Shown: piece by piece, positions 36,025 to 44,705 of the stretch
Position numbering within the stretch: position 1 is the stretch's first letter
Layout: the number at the start of each line of letters is the position of its first letter
Sequence record: OZ035811.1
DNA from: Dhillonvirus LM40P1
Reading direction: 5' to 3' (one strand)
Length of the DNA stretch: 45,013 bases
Position numbers and translations under genes: made by a program
The notes under the pieces: model-generated
Told to the model about the DNA's origin: nothing
Database searches by the model: none
The model's input: the letters and a program-made list of their open reading frames with translations, nothing else

Positions 36025-36206
36025 TATTCGACCCTCGTAAACTGTACAATTACATATTTTCGAAAACTCTGAACGCCTGCCTTCTCAATGCGGCGCTTTA
36101 ATTCTTGTTGTGCGTCGTGCCAGCATTTGGCGGCGTCGATAATACCGACAATAAAGGATGTATGGTCGTTTGCTTCGTGGCATGTTGCCAGGACGAAAAA
36201 TTTCAT
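36024..36206 (-). CDS. hypothetical protein
   Basis: ATG at 36206 with GGGAGA SD; TAATG coupling on both sides. Confidence 0.4.
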   Translation of the reverse strand: MKFFVLATCHEANDHTSFIVGIIDAAKCWHDAQQELKRRIEKAGVQSFRKYVIVQFTRVE

Positions 36207-36457
36207 TATGGTGTCTCCCAACGGTCAATAGTTTTTGCTTCAGACCCCACTGCAAAGCGAACATATTCGTGATTCGAGTCCGCCCATAAATAAAAGTCTG
36301 GATTAGCGAAGGTCGTGCGTTTAATTTGTGCCGGTGTTTCCCGCTTCTTACTAATTACGGCAACGCGGGATTGAAAGGGGCCGGTGCGCTCGAATAGCCA
36401 GTAGTACGGGCGCTGGTCGCGCGAGTCCACCGCTTCAATTAATGTGAATCGTGCCAT
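36206..36457 (-). CDS. hypothetical protein
   Basis: ATG at 36457; 83 aa. Confidence 0.4.
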   Translation of the reverse strand: MARFTLIEAVDSRDQRPYYWLFERTGPFQSRVAVISKKRETPAQIKRTTFANPDFYLWADSNHEYVRFAVGSEAKTIDRWETP

Positions 36458-36472
36458 TGTCTCGTCTCTTTA

Positions 36473-36500
36473 AAAATAGGCCCGCAGAATAGCGGGCCGG
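36473..36500 (-). terminator. intra-operon rho-independent terminator
   Basis: On minus strand CGGCCCGC tattct GCGGGCC followed by TATTTTT. Confidence 0.45.
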
Positions 36501-36505
36501 GTATA

Positions 36506-37009
36506 TTAGTCTTCCAGTTCGAAATAGGTTTCGACAATTTCTTTCAGTTCGGTGTGGAAGTCTTCAACGTCGTCATCTTCCAGCTTAGCCACAGTCTTGA
36601 TTTCGAACGATTCCAGCAGGTCGTCAAATTCGTCGTTCGCGTCGTCATCGTCGCCGCCTGCAATGATTGCCGCGTATTGTGCAATTTCATCGCGCATTTC
36701 TTTCAGCGGATCGGCGTCTTTCTTAGCCTTCACTTTGCCCTTGCCTTTGGCTGGCTTTTCTTCCGGTTCGTCTTCGTCGTCGTCATCTTCTACGACTTCT
36801 TTTTTCGCCTTGCCCTTAGCCGTGGACTTCTTAGCAGGTTTCTTATCTTCCTGCTCGTCATCTTCGTCTTTGGCTTCTTCTTTCTTAGCCTTAGACGGTT
36901 TCTTATCTTCCTGCTTACCAACGGCAGCGCCCTGGGTTTCGTAATGTTTAGCGATGGTTTCCAGTGCTACTACGCCGCGAGTAATCAGATTCAGGATTTG
37001 CTCAAACAT
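36506..37009 (-). CDS. highly charged low-complexity early protein
   Basis: ATG at 37009 with GGAGAC SD; first gene of leftward early operon; K/E/D-rich with acidic C-terminal half. Confidence 0.5.
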   Translation of the reverse strand: MFEQILNLITRGVVALETIAKHYETQGAAVGKQEDKKPSKAKKEEAKDEDDEQEDKKPAKKSTAKGKAKKEVVEDDDDEDEPEEKPAKGKGKVKAKKDADPLKEMRDEIAQYAAIIAGGDDDDANDEFDDLLESFEIKTVAKLEDDDVEDFHTELKEIVETYFELED

Positions 37010-37056
37010 GGTGTGTCTCCGTTTAGTTAAAAGTGAATGTCGTTTCGACGAGGTGA

Positions 37057-37086
37057 ATAATAGATTGGTTGCAGGATGGGTGTCAA
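37057..37086 (-). promoter_or_regulatory. strong sigma70-like early promoter (TTGACA, 17-18 bp spacer, TATTAT)
   Basis: Perfect -35 on minus strand; spacer contains TGCAACCAAT; A11 tract immediately upstream. Confidence 0.55.
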
Positions 37087-37096
37087 CAACTAATTT

Positions 37097-37107
37097 AAAA
37101 AAAAAAA
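37097..37107. repeat. A11 homopolymer in divergent promoter region
   Basis: Eleven consecutive A on plus strand. Confidence 0.9.
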
Positions 37108-37202
37108 TCCCCGAAGCAAAACGCAACGGGGATAACCATAAGAGACAATGAGACTGGTTTTATTATTACACGCGCGCGCACCCGTTTCAATATACAAAAC
37201 AG

Positions 37203-37231
37203 TTGACACCGGTTTAATTTGGGTGTAGTTT
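37203..37231 (+). promoter_or_regulatory. sigma70-like promoter (TTGACA-17-TAGTTT)
   Basis: Perfect -35 and 17 bp spacer, about 30 bp upstream of the 37263 gene. Confidence 0.5.
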
Positions 37232-37262
37232 CTTTGGTCATTAACCAACAGGAGACTGAATT

Positions 37263-37556
37263 GTGAATACGACTAAATTGAATGCTTTGTTAGATATGGT
37301 TGAGAATGGTGTTGATGTTGGTGCGGCCCGCGACGCTATTAACGTTGCGTTCAAAGACCTGGCCTACAAACTGGAATTACTGAACGGTACGGCAGCGAGC
37401 AAGCTGCAAAAGCATAACGAAGAAATGGAAGAATACAAAAAGCAGGTTATCAGACTGCGCGAAGAGGGTAAGTCCTGGGCAATGATTGCCGAGTTAACGG
37501 GTATTAATCAGAGCACCGTTCGTTCTTGGGTACGCAATACTAAAACTGCTAAGTAA
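37263..37556 (+). CDS. HTH DNA-binding protein (candidate transcription regulator)
   Basis: GTG start with GGAGAC SD; C-terminal helix-turn-helix-like segment SWAMIAELTGINQSTVRSW. Confidence 0.5.
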   Translation: MNTTKLNALLDMVENGVDVGAARDAINVAFKDLAYKLELLNGTAASKLQKHNEEMEEYKKQVIRLREEGKSWAMIAELTGINQSTVRSWVRNTKTAK

Positions 37557-37568
37557 GGAATTGAGACA

Positions 37569-39833
37569 ATGAGAAATATAGAATTTGCGATCACACCCCC
37601 CGCTAAGAAAGGCGAATCTGCGGTAGCTCATAACCAGTCCATGACTACCGCCGAGTTTTTCGAATTTATCCAGGATGCACCGGTAGTGTCGTCAGTTTGC
37701 ATTAACGGTACTGAAGATAAAAAAGAATATGCGCGACGTAAGCGTAAAGGCGACGGCATTGTGGCTACAACCGCCGATGGCACGCGTAAAAAGACTGGCG
37801 TGGTTAGCCGCTCGATCCTGTTCTTCGACCTGGACCGTGCTGACAACCGCACACTTACCCGCTGCCGCAGGGCTTTCCGCAAGTCCGGCCTGGAATATGT
37901 CTACCACACCACCACCGGCGACCGCCACCCGTTGAAAGACGGCAAGCGCTGTGTGCGTTTCCTGGTGCTGACAAACAAGCCAGTTCCGGCGGAAGACCTG
38001 GGCCGCGCGCAGGCTGCACTGCTTGAGCAACTGGGTCTTACCGACGCGGGCTTTGATGACTGCTCGAAAGACACAAACCGCCTTATGTACCTGCCCCACC
38101 AGCAGGCTAAGGTCGAGTGCCATGAAGGTAAACGCGCTAACGTGCGTCGTCTGCTTCGCCTGGCTGACAAGATGGGTATTGAGCAGGAAACGTTTCGCCG
38201 TGAACTGGTGCAGGGCGACGACGAGCAGATGAACGGCATCCTCGACTGGTGTTTCCAGGCTGGTTTTGAGCCGTTACCATCCGGGCGCGGTTATGAAGTA
38301 CCGTGCCCAAACGAACATCTGCACTCTGGTGAAGGGTCTACCGCTATCATGCTTAAGGATGGCGAGATTCGTTTCAAATGTATGCACACCGGCAACGGAT
38401 GCTGTTCTGAACTGAACAAACACCAACACCTGGCGCTGCGAATGATTGGTATCCCGGATATTTATAACGTGGAGCCACACAACATGTCACGCAAACAGAT
38501 CTCGGCAATCCTGCCGGGTCTGGACGACGAAGAAGTGGACGCGCAGTACGAGCACATGGTTGACCTGGTGGGTGAAGGTGAGGATTATGCGTCCTGTACT
38601 GACGCAGACCTGGAAGACGAACCGACGGCGTTGTTCTCGAAGCACGACCCGATCATCGAAGGTCTGATTAACTTCAAATCGACCTGGTACGCAGCGGGTG
38701 AGTCGAACATTGGTAAGTCCTTCTTTGTCATGGGTCAGATGGCTGCCGTTGCCGCTGGCATCCCGTTCGGCGGCGCGAAGGTCGTCCAGTCCCATTGCTT
38801 CTACTTCGATGCGGAAGGTGGCGAGGCGTCACTGCAACGTAAAGAAGCGTTGCAGATTAAATATGAGCACGACCTGGACAAGCTGCACATTATCGACCTT
38901 CAGGCACGCGGCTGGGATATTACGAGCAAGTCCGGCCTGCGTGAAGTCATCAGCTTTATCAACCGCACCGCGGATGGTGAGCCGGTCGGCCTGGTGGCGT
39001 TCGACTCCCTTAACCAGACCGTAGCGCTGCGTTCGGCTGACGCCAAACCGTTCGATGAGAACAACGCCAGCGATATGGGTGAGATTGTCAAGGCGCTGAA
39101 AGCCATTGCGGAAAACACAGGCGGCAGTGCGGGCGTCATCCACCACCCGGCGAAGGGTGCAAACGGCAGCAGATCCCCGCGTGGGTCCGGTGCGCTACAT
39201 GGCGCGGTGGATTCTGCATTCTTCCTGGAACAGCCAGACGAGAATCAGCCAGGCCAGCTTAACCTCTATCATGAGAAAGCCCGTAACGGCGTGAAACAGG
39301 GTCCGCGCGGCTTCGTGCTACTGAAGTGCAAAGTGTCCATTAACGAGCGCAAGTCCGACACGTTCGAAGCGCACCAGTCCACTAACCCTGGTCCAGACTT
39401 CGGCGATGTAGTTGCCGGTTGGGACGTCAAGCCAATCCAGGCCACCCCGCGTGATGAGACTCTGTACCTTGTACCGGTAGCTCTGGCCCCGTTCGCTATC
39501 GAACAGGCGAAGGCCGCGGGCAAGCAGGCTGTTAAGGAAGAAAACCCCGCCGGTCCGCGCAATGAAAAAGAGAAAGTGCTTTACGCAGCGCTCGAAGCGT
39601 TGATGGAAGAGAATCCGGGACACCATGGCTTCAGCAAATCGGCAATCGTCCGCAAAGCCGGACTGGCGAAAGGTGGCACATCGACGAAGCCAATAGACGA
39701 TATGCGTGAGCGCGGAATCATCGGCTTTTACAAAGACCCGGACACCGGGGCCATTTACGGGTCGTCGAATCTGGTTATCAATTCACAAATACCTATGCAA
39801 TTGACGGCGACGGATGATGATTTGAAAGATTAA
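37569..39833 (+). CDS. primase-helicase (N-terminal primase-like domain, zinc motif, RecA-type ATPase)
   Basis: Walker A GESNIGKS, Walker B-like VGLVAFDSL, Cys/His cluster CPNEHLH...CMHTGNGC. Confidence 0.65.
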   Translation: MRNIEFAITPPAKKGESAVAHNQSMTTAEFFEFIQDAPVVSSVCINGTEDKKEYARRKRKGDGIVATTADGTRKKTGVVSRSILFFDLDRADNRTLTRCRRAFRKSGLEYVYHTTTGDRHPLKDGKRCVRFLVLTNKPVPAEDLGRAQAALLEQLGLTDAGFDDCSKDTNRLMYLPHQQAKVECHEGKRANVRRLLRLADKMGIEQETFRRELVQGDDEQMNGILDWCFQAGFEPLPSGRGYEVPCPNEHLHSGEGSTAIMLKDGEIRFKCMHTGNGCCSELNKHQHLALRMIGIPDIYNVEPHNMSRKQISAILPGLDDEEVDAQYEHMVDLVGEGEDYASCTDADLEDEPTALFSKHDPIIEGLINFKSTWYAAGESNIGKSFFVMGQMAAVAAGIPFGGAKVVQSHCFYFDAEGGEASLQRKEALQIKYEHDLDKLHIIDLQARGWDITSKSGLREVISFINRTADGEPVGLVAFDSLNQTVALRSADAKPFDENNASDMGEIVKALKAIAENTGGSAGVIHHPAKGANGSRSPRGSGALHGAVDSAFFLEQPDENQPGQLNLYHEKARNGVKQGPRGFVLLKCKVSINERKSDTFEAHQSTNPGPDFGDVVAGWDVKPIQATPRDETLYLVPVALAPFAIEQAKAAGKQAVKEENPAGPRNEKEKVLYAALEALMEENPGHHGFSKSAIVRKAGLAKGGTSTKPIDDMRERGIIGFYKDPDTGAIYGSSNLVINSQIPMQLTATDDDLKD

Positions 39834-39842
39834 ATTTTGCGC

Positions 39843-39921
39843 GCATTGGTTGCCAATATGGTTAATTTGTGCGCGCATTGGTTGCCAGATTGGGTATTAA
39901 ATCTATATCGCATTGGTTGCC
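39843..39921 (+). repeat. three direct repeats of GCATTGGTTGCC at 32-35 bp spacing
   Basis: Copies at 39843-39854, 39875-39886, 39910-39921, each followed by an A/T-rich hexamer. Confidence 0.75.
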
Positions 39922-39958
39922 GTGTAGTGCTAAATAAGTGAATAGTTATGCAAAATAA

Positions 39959-40131
39959 GTGCATAAAACAAACGGGACAAAAACGGGACAAACGACAAAC
40001 GGGACAAAACGGGACGTCCCGCCGTCCCCCTCAGGAGTGGCGCGGGTTTGAGGCAAACGGGACAAGCGGGACAGACCACAGTCTTTCAGACTAGACGGGG
40101 GGTATTGTCCCCCCTCCGTCTGAGACTGCAT
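39959..40131 (+). repeat. non-coding module copy 2: TGCATAAAAC, CGGGACAA iterons, GGGACGTCCCGCC palindrome, GCGGGTTT box, conserved hairpin
   Basis: Matches 11600-11772 in element order; hairpin stem conserved while loop differs (tattgt versus tcaatgg). Confidence 0.7.
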
Positions 40132-40288
40132 AAAATCTCTGGTTGCATAATCAACGGCAGCATAGTGAAAAATGCGGCGGGGGTAGATCTCGGCAACCAA
40201 TGCGGGTTGAAGAGTGGAGAGTGAAAAATGCAGTTTGGTAATGACAACTGATAGCGATCAGCATTTTCATGCGCGTGATTAATATTGG

Positions 40289-40317
40289 TTGCATTCGTCC
40301 TGCCAGGGTGTTAGATT
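40289..40317 (+). promoter_or_regulatory. sigma70-like promoter (TTGCAT-17-TAGATT) flanked by ATTGGTTGCA motifs
   Basis: ATTGGTTGCATtcgtcctgccagggtgTTAGATTGGTTGCAC about 30 bp upstream of the 40346 gene. Confidence 0.5.
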
Positions 40318-40345
40318 GGTTGCACACCAACATGAGGACTGAACG

Positions 40346-40651
40346 ATGAGAGCATTAATCTGGAATTACACAATGGCTGTGGCGAAGCTGTACGAAGCGA
40401 AGCACACAAACGGCAACGCAGACGACGCGCGCCAGGCTGTCATCCTGGCCCAGCAGGGAATCATGAACGCGTTCGACAATATGTTTGCCAGCCTGGACGA
40501 ACTGGAACCGCTGCGCGTGGCAATCTGCGAATATGCGATGGCATTTGCCCGTGAACGCCTGGCATACCGGTTTGGTATCGGGAAAACGGCAGTGGCTAAC
40601 ATCGCCCGCATTCAGGCCCAGCGTGAGCTGCACGCCATACTCGCGAAATAA
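40346..40651 (+). CDS. hypothetical protein
   Basis: ATG with GAGGA SD; 101 aa. Confidence 0.5.
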   Translation: MRALIWNYTMAVAKLYEAKHTNGNADDARQAVILAQQGIMNAFDNMFASLDELEPLRVAICEYAMAFARERLAYRFGIGKTAVANIARIQAQRELHAILAK

Positions 40652-40660
40652 GGGGCCAAA

Positions 40661-40930
40661 ATGACACGCAGACGCGCTCAATGGCTTTCATGGCACATTC
40701 CCCTACATAGCATCCGTTTATGGGCGCAGAACGCGATTGAGGGCGATTCTGTGTTCTGGAGCTATCGGGATGACGTCAAGCCGCTGACGCAGACCAGAAA
40801 GCTGCACCAGTTCATGAACGAACACGGACTGCCGGTGAAAACATCATTGCAACCAATCGGCATCCGTATTACATTACGCCGTAAGCCAATCGTTGAGCAG
40901 GTTGGCAAACACAGGAGACTGACAAAATGA
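40661..40930 (+). CDS. hypothetical protein
   Basis: ATG with AAGGGG SD; 89 aa. Confidence 0.45.
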   Translation: MTRRRAQWLSWHIPLHSIRLWAQNAIEGDSVFWSYRDDVKPLTQTRKLHQFMNEHGLPVKTSLQPIGIRITLRRKPIVEQVGKHRRLTK

Positions 40931-41523
40931 AATTGATCTTCCGCCATAAACATAATGGGCGATTCCTTACCCCAATCCAGGTGCTGCCGAACTATGTGCG
41001 CCTGCACCACGAAGCCAGCGACCGCGTATTCTGGTTTAAGAAAGCCACTCTGCCGAAATATTTGCAGGTTGTGCATCATGACGTCCGCGTCGGCGATGTG
41101 CTGCGGGATATTCGGGACGGTGCGCTGTTCGTAGTACAGCGTGTGACTACCTTCGGCGTTGTACTGCAATGCGGAGCGATCCGACGCCGTCTATTTTCTG
41201 TCGGCCTGGTGAACTACACTCGCGTGGGCCGGAACTATGTGCCTAAGCTGTTCAAGCGCTACGACGCCAACCAGGTGCAAGCGAAGATGGGTCGCGCCGT
41301 ACACAAAATCGTCAATCGCTTTGATGCCGTGACGAACGCACAGCGCCATGCGCAGGAATACGGTGTGGGATTCATCCGGGTAGAACGAGACGGCAGTATG
41401 ACGTCCATCGACCCGCGCTCGACCCAACTGAAGATAGTCGAAGTGAGCAAATGTTGCCGGGCAGAAGTTGTGCGCGACCCCGGCGGGCAAGCCTTCTGTC
41501 GCGAGTGTGCGGGTGTGATATGA
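40927..41523 (+). CDS. hypothetical protein with C-terminal Cys pairs
   Basis: ATGA overlap with upstream gene; C-terminus CCRAEV...CRECAG. Confidence 0.45.
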   Translation: MKLIFRHKHNGRFLTPIQVLPNYVRLHHEASDRVFWFKKATLPKYLQVVHHDVRVGDVLRDIRDGALFVVQRVTTFGVVLQCGAIRRRLFSVGLVNYTRVGRNYVPKLFKRYDANQVQAKMGRAVHKIVNRFDAVTNAQRHAQEYGVGFIRVERDGSMTSIDPRSTQLKIVEVSKCCRAEVVRDPGGQAFCRECAGVI

Positions 41524-41660
41524 GCGCAACCATCCGTGATATGCTTATGCATAACCGCTTTGAGATTGGCGGTCGTGTATTCCGTAACTACTTCGTTGCG
41601 CGCGCCTGGGCGCGCCATATTGGCAAACCGGAGAGTGAAATTAAATGCTACACGATGTGA
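41519..41660 (+). CDS. hypothetical small protein (46 aa)
   Basis: ATG at 41519 overlapping upstream stop (ATGA). Confidence 0.3.
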
Positions 41661-41932
41661 TGTTTTGGTTTGGTATATTCTGCGCAACCTTGCTGGTTGG
41701 CGCTGTCACCCTGGTTATTGCAGTCTGGTTTATATGGCCTGCCGTTGAGGCCGTGAGCATTACCCGCATGACCTTCGCCTACTACAAGAAACACAGCATC
41801 ACGCAACATTCCAGCAGGCTTAGGGTGTGGTGGCTGTGGTATCGCGATATGCTCGGAGGCAGGCGGTTCGAGGCCATCAGGTCACACGGTTGGGAATGGC
41901 AAGGCGTAGGACGCTGGTCAATTTCAGAATAA
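41645..41932 (+). CDS. small membrane protein
   Basis: ATG with GAGAGTGA SD; hydrophobic N-terminal helix. Confidence 0.45.
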   Translation: MLHDVMFWFGIFCATLLVGAVTLVIAVWFIWPAVEAVSITRMTFAYYKKHSITQHSSRLRVWWLWYRDMLGGRRFEAIRSHGWEWQGVGRWSISE

Positions 41933-41952
41933 TTATGCAGTCGTGATATAGT

Positions 41953-41986
41953 CCCCAGTGAGGTTTAATCTTACTGGGGCTTTTTT
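41953..41986 (+). terminator. rho-independent terminator
   Basis: CCCCAGT...ACTGGGG hairpin followed by TTTTTT, ending at the holin start codon. Confidence 0.55.
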
Positions 41987-42289
41987 ATGGAAGTTTTCCA
42001 CAAATTAGATGAATGGGTAATTATCGCCGCTGCCGGGGTGGCGGGTGGCTTCGTAGGTGCGCGTATGCACCCGGAAGCTGCACAAGGACCGGTAAACTTT
42101 GTGCTGTTCGTCGTCGTTGGCTTCCTGTGTGCGGTATTCGGCGCACCAGCCATCGCCGAACTGACCGGATTGACCAGTCAGCGCATGATCGCAGGTCTTG
42201 GATTCGTAACGGCAATCTTCTGGATGCCGATTGCGGCACGGATCCGAGAGCTAATCGCTAATGCCCGCTTTCCGGGAGGTGCCAAATGA
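41987..42289 (+). CDS. holin candidate
   Basis: 100 aa with multiple hydrophobic helices, first gene of a membrane-protein/lysozyme cassette; start has no clean SD. Confidence 0.45.
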   Translation: MEVFHKLDEWVIIAAAGVAGGFVGARMHPEAAQGPVNFVLFVVVGFLCAVFGAPAIAELTGLTSQRMIAGLGFVTAIFWMPIAARIRELIANARFPGGAK

Positions 42290-42552
42290 TTTTCGGCGTC
42301 GATGTTTGTGCGTGGTTTGGCGTTATGTTCTTCCTCATCGTCGGCGTGTCGTCGCTGTACAACGTCTACGCCGCATCCGTGAATGACGGCCTTGTTGGTC
42401 GTGTGCTCTATCTCTTAACGGCAGTCTTCTGCGTGGTCGGCTTGATGCAAACCGGGCATGTGGAGAACGCCACTATCAACGCCATTTGCTGGCTGTTTGC
42501 ATTGCGCACCCTGCGCAATGCTGTTTTGAAAGGTGTAAAACATGCAATTTAG
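42286..42552 (+). CDS. holin / antiholin candidate
   Basis: 88 aa with hydrophobic helices, ATGA overlap with upstream gene, directly upstream of endolysin. Confidence 0.45.
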   Translation: MIFGVDVCAWFGVMFFLIVGVSSLYNVYAASVNDGLVGRVLYLLTAVFCVVGLMQTGHVENATINAICWLFALRTLRNAVLKGVKHAI

Positions 42553-43027
42553 TGAGAATGGTTTGCGGTTTACTGCCGCATGGGAGACGTTTAGCCCTGT
42601 GCCCTACTTCGCCACGAAGAAAGAGCAGGAGCAAGGTCTTTATACCTGGGGCTTCGGTCATACGGGCACTAACCCGCCGCGCAGCATTACCCGCACTGAG
42701 GCAATGGAACTACTGCGCAAGGATATTGCCATTGCTGAGAAGTTTGTTCAGCGCGCAATGCCGATCGGGGCGTTCAACCAGGCCCAGTACGACGCGCTTG
42801 TGGATCTTGTCTTCAACGCAGGGCCGCGTGCCATCGGTGCTAATACCGGAACTGGTCGTGCAGTTCGTGCCGGAGATATTCAGACGATCCGTGCTAAACT
42901 GCCTCAATTCCGTATGCAATCCGGGGTTGTTGTCAAGGGTCTGGTGCGTCGCGCTAACGGACGCCTGGCACTATTCGACGGTAAGCAGTGGGATGTTGCC
43001 GAGCGTATCGGTCGTAATTCAGTTTAA
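42542..43027 (+). CDS. endolysin (phage lysozyme fold)
   Basis: N-terminal ENGLRFTAAWE...GLYTWGFGHT and QAQYDALVDLVFNAG segments match the phage lysozyme pattern. Confidence 0.8.
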   Translation: MQFSENGLRFTAAWETFSPVPYFATKKEQEQGLYTWGFGHTGTNPPRSITRTEAMELLRKDIAIAEKFVQRAMPIGAFNQAQYDALVDLVFNAGPRAIGANTGTGRAVRAGDIQTIRAKLPQFRMQSGVVVKGLVRRANGRLALFDGKQWDVAERIGRNSV

Positions 43028-43036
43028 GGGGGAGAT

Positions 43037-43444
43037 ATGTTAAAAAGTATTCTTGATCATAATGCGGACGCGCTTGACGCGTTGGCTAAAACGGACGACG
43101 CTGGCGCGCGTCGCATCATCGCAGACACCATCAGCCATGCCGGGGTGTTTGGTGCAAGCCTTCCGGGACCGAAGCCTGATGTGAAGGTGACAAGCGCAAC
43201 GGTATCGGTAGAGCCAGAGGCTGTTAAAATCGGCACCCAGTCTAAGGCTACGGTGGCGGTGCAACCGGCAGGGGCAACCGATAAATCCGGCGTGTGGATT
43301 AGTGGGTCGCCTACCATCGCCACCGTTGACGCTTCGGGTAATATCGACGGCAAAACTCCAGGTTCTGTCGATATTATTTGGGTGGCTAAGGATGGAAGCG
43401 GGGTGTCGGGCCGAAAAACGGTAACTGTGTCAAACTCCGAGTAA
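43037..43444 (+). CDS. Ig-like (Big_2-type) domain protein
   Basis: C-terminal beta-rich segment VTSATVSVEPEAVKIG...TVTVS typical of bacterial Ig-like domains. Confidence 0.45.
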   Translation: MLKSILDHNADALDALAKTDDAGARRIIADTISHAGVFGASLPGPKPDVKVTSATVSVEPEAVKIGTQSKATVAVQPAGATDKSGVWISGSPTIATVDASGNIDGKTPGSVDIIWVAKDGSGVSGRKTVTVSNSE

Positions 43445-43450
43445 AGATCA

Positions 43451-43476
43451 AGCCCGCAACTATGGCGGGCTTTTTA
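43451..43476 (+). terminator. rho-independent terminator
   Basis: AGCCCGC...GCGGGCT hairpin followed by TTTTT. Confidence 0.6.
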
Positions 43477-43562
43477 TTGCTTGACTTGCAACCAATTAAT
43501 AGCTCATACTTCTGTCGCCGTGGTATATTGATCGCGGTCAAACTGAATCAGGAAAATATACG

Positions 43563-44705
43563 ATGCACCCTCAAACCAAAATTACAGACGAGCAGTTGAT
43601 CGCCGAAATCCAGGCGGGAACGACCGCGAAAGATATTGCTAAGAAATACGGGATTGCACTGCGCAATGTTTATATGCGCAAAGCACGCTTATCTAAAAAG
43701 GGGATTGGGCACGGTAACGATGCCGTAATTCGTAAGCGGGTTGCCGATGGCTTCGGCGTGAAACGTGTATCCGCCCTGGTGCGTGGCAATGGCGAAGAGG
43801 TCATGTCGTGGGTTATCACCGAGCAGGACAAAGAGCGCCAGCTTGAGGCGATGCGTGCAGTGCTGGACGGCATGAACAGCGAAATCACACCGGCAGCACC
43901 CGTAAGCGCGCCACCAGTTCCGATCCAGGCGCTGGACCTGCTAAACCTGTACACCGTGTCCGACTTCCACCTGGGGATGCTGGCATGGGGAGAAGAGACT
44001 GGCGAGGATTGGGATATGGCTATTGCCGAAGACCTGTTCTACCGCTGGTTTGTCGAAGCCTTTGCCCGCGCCCCGGATGCCGGAACAGGCGTGATTAACA
44101 TCCTCGGTGATATGGCCCACTTTGACAGCCTGGATGCCGTTACCCCCGCAAGTGGTCACGTCCTGGATGCTGATACCCGCTATCAGAAGCTGGTGCGCTA
44201 CATGATTCGCATGGTCCGCCACGTTGTCGAACTGGCATTGCAGAAACACCACAAGGTTAAACTGCTAATCGTGCAGGGCAACCATGACGAAAGCGGTATG
44301 ATCTGGCTGGCTGAGATGTTCGCTACGCTGTACGAGAACGAGCCGCGCGTTGAGGTGGATACGTCGCCGGATGTCTATAAGATGGTCCAGCACGGTAAGA
44401 CTACGCTGTTCTTCCATCACGGGCACAAGGCTAAATTCGACGCTATCGAGCCGGTCATGATTTCGAAATTTCGTGAGGCGTTCGGATCCAGCCAGTACAG
44501 CTATGCTCACGTAGGCCACCTGCACCACCAGAAGATTATCGAATCGCGCAACATGATTGTTGAACAGCACCGCACGCTTGCCGCGAAGGATGCCTACGCC
44601 AGCCGAGGCGGTTGGATGAGCGGACGCAGTGCAAACGTGATAACCTATAGCGCGAACTACGGTGAAGTAGCACGCTTAACCATTAGCCCGGAGATGTTGA
44701 AATGA
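43563..44705 (+). CDS. HTH-containing metallophosphoesterase (calcineurin-like)
   Basis: Phosphoesterase motifs in order DFH, GDMAHFD, GNHDE, HHGH, GHLHH; N-terminal HTH-like segment. Confidence 0.6.
   Translation: MHPQTKITDEQLIAEIQAGTTAKDIAKKYGIALRNVYMRKARLSKKGIGHGNDAVIRKRVADGFGVKRVSALVRGNGEEVMSWVITEQDKERQLEAMRAVLDGMNSEITPAAPVSAPPVPIQALDLLNLYTVSDFHLGMLAWGEETGEDWDMAIAEDLFYRWFVEAFARAPDAGTGVINILGDMAHFDSLDAVTPASGHVLDADTRYQKLVRYMIRMVRHVVELALQKHHKVKLLIVQGNHDESGMIWLAEMFATLYENEPRVEVDTSPDVYKMVQHGKTTLFFHHGHKAKFDAIEPVMISKFREAFGSSQYSYAHVGHLHHQKIIESRNMIVEQHRTLAAKDAYASRGGWMSGRSANVITYSANYGEVARLTISPEMLK

Noticed and set aside
39946-40333. Minus-strand ORFs 39946-40200 and 40151-40333
   Set aside because: They overlap the conserved non-coding module and promoter and have no SD; likely spurious.
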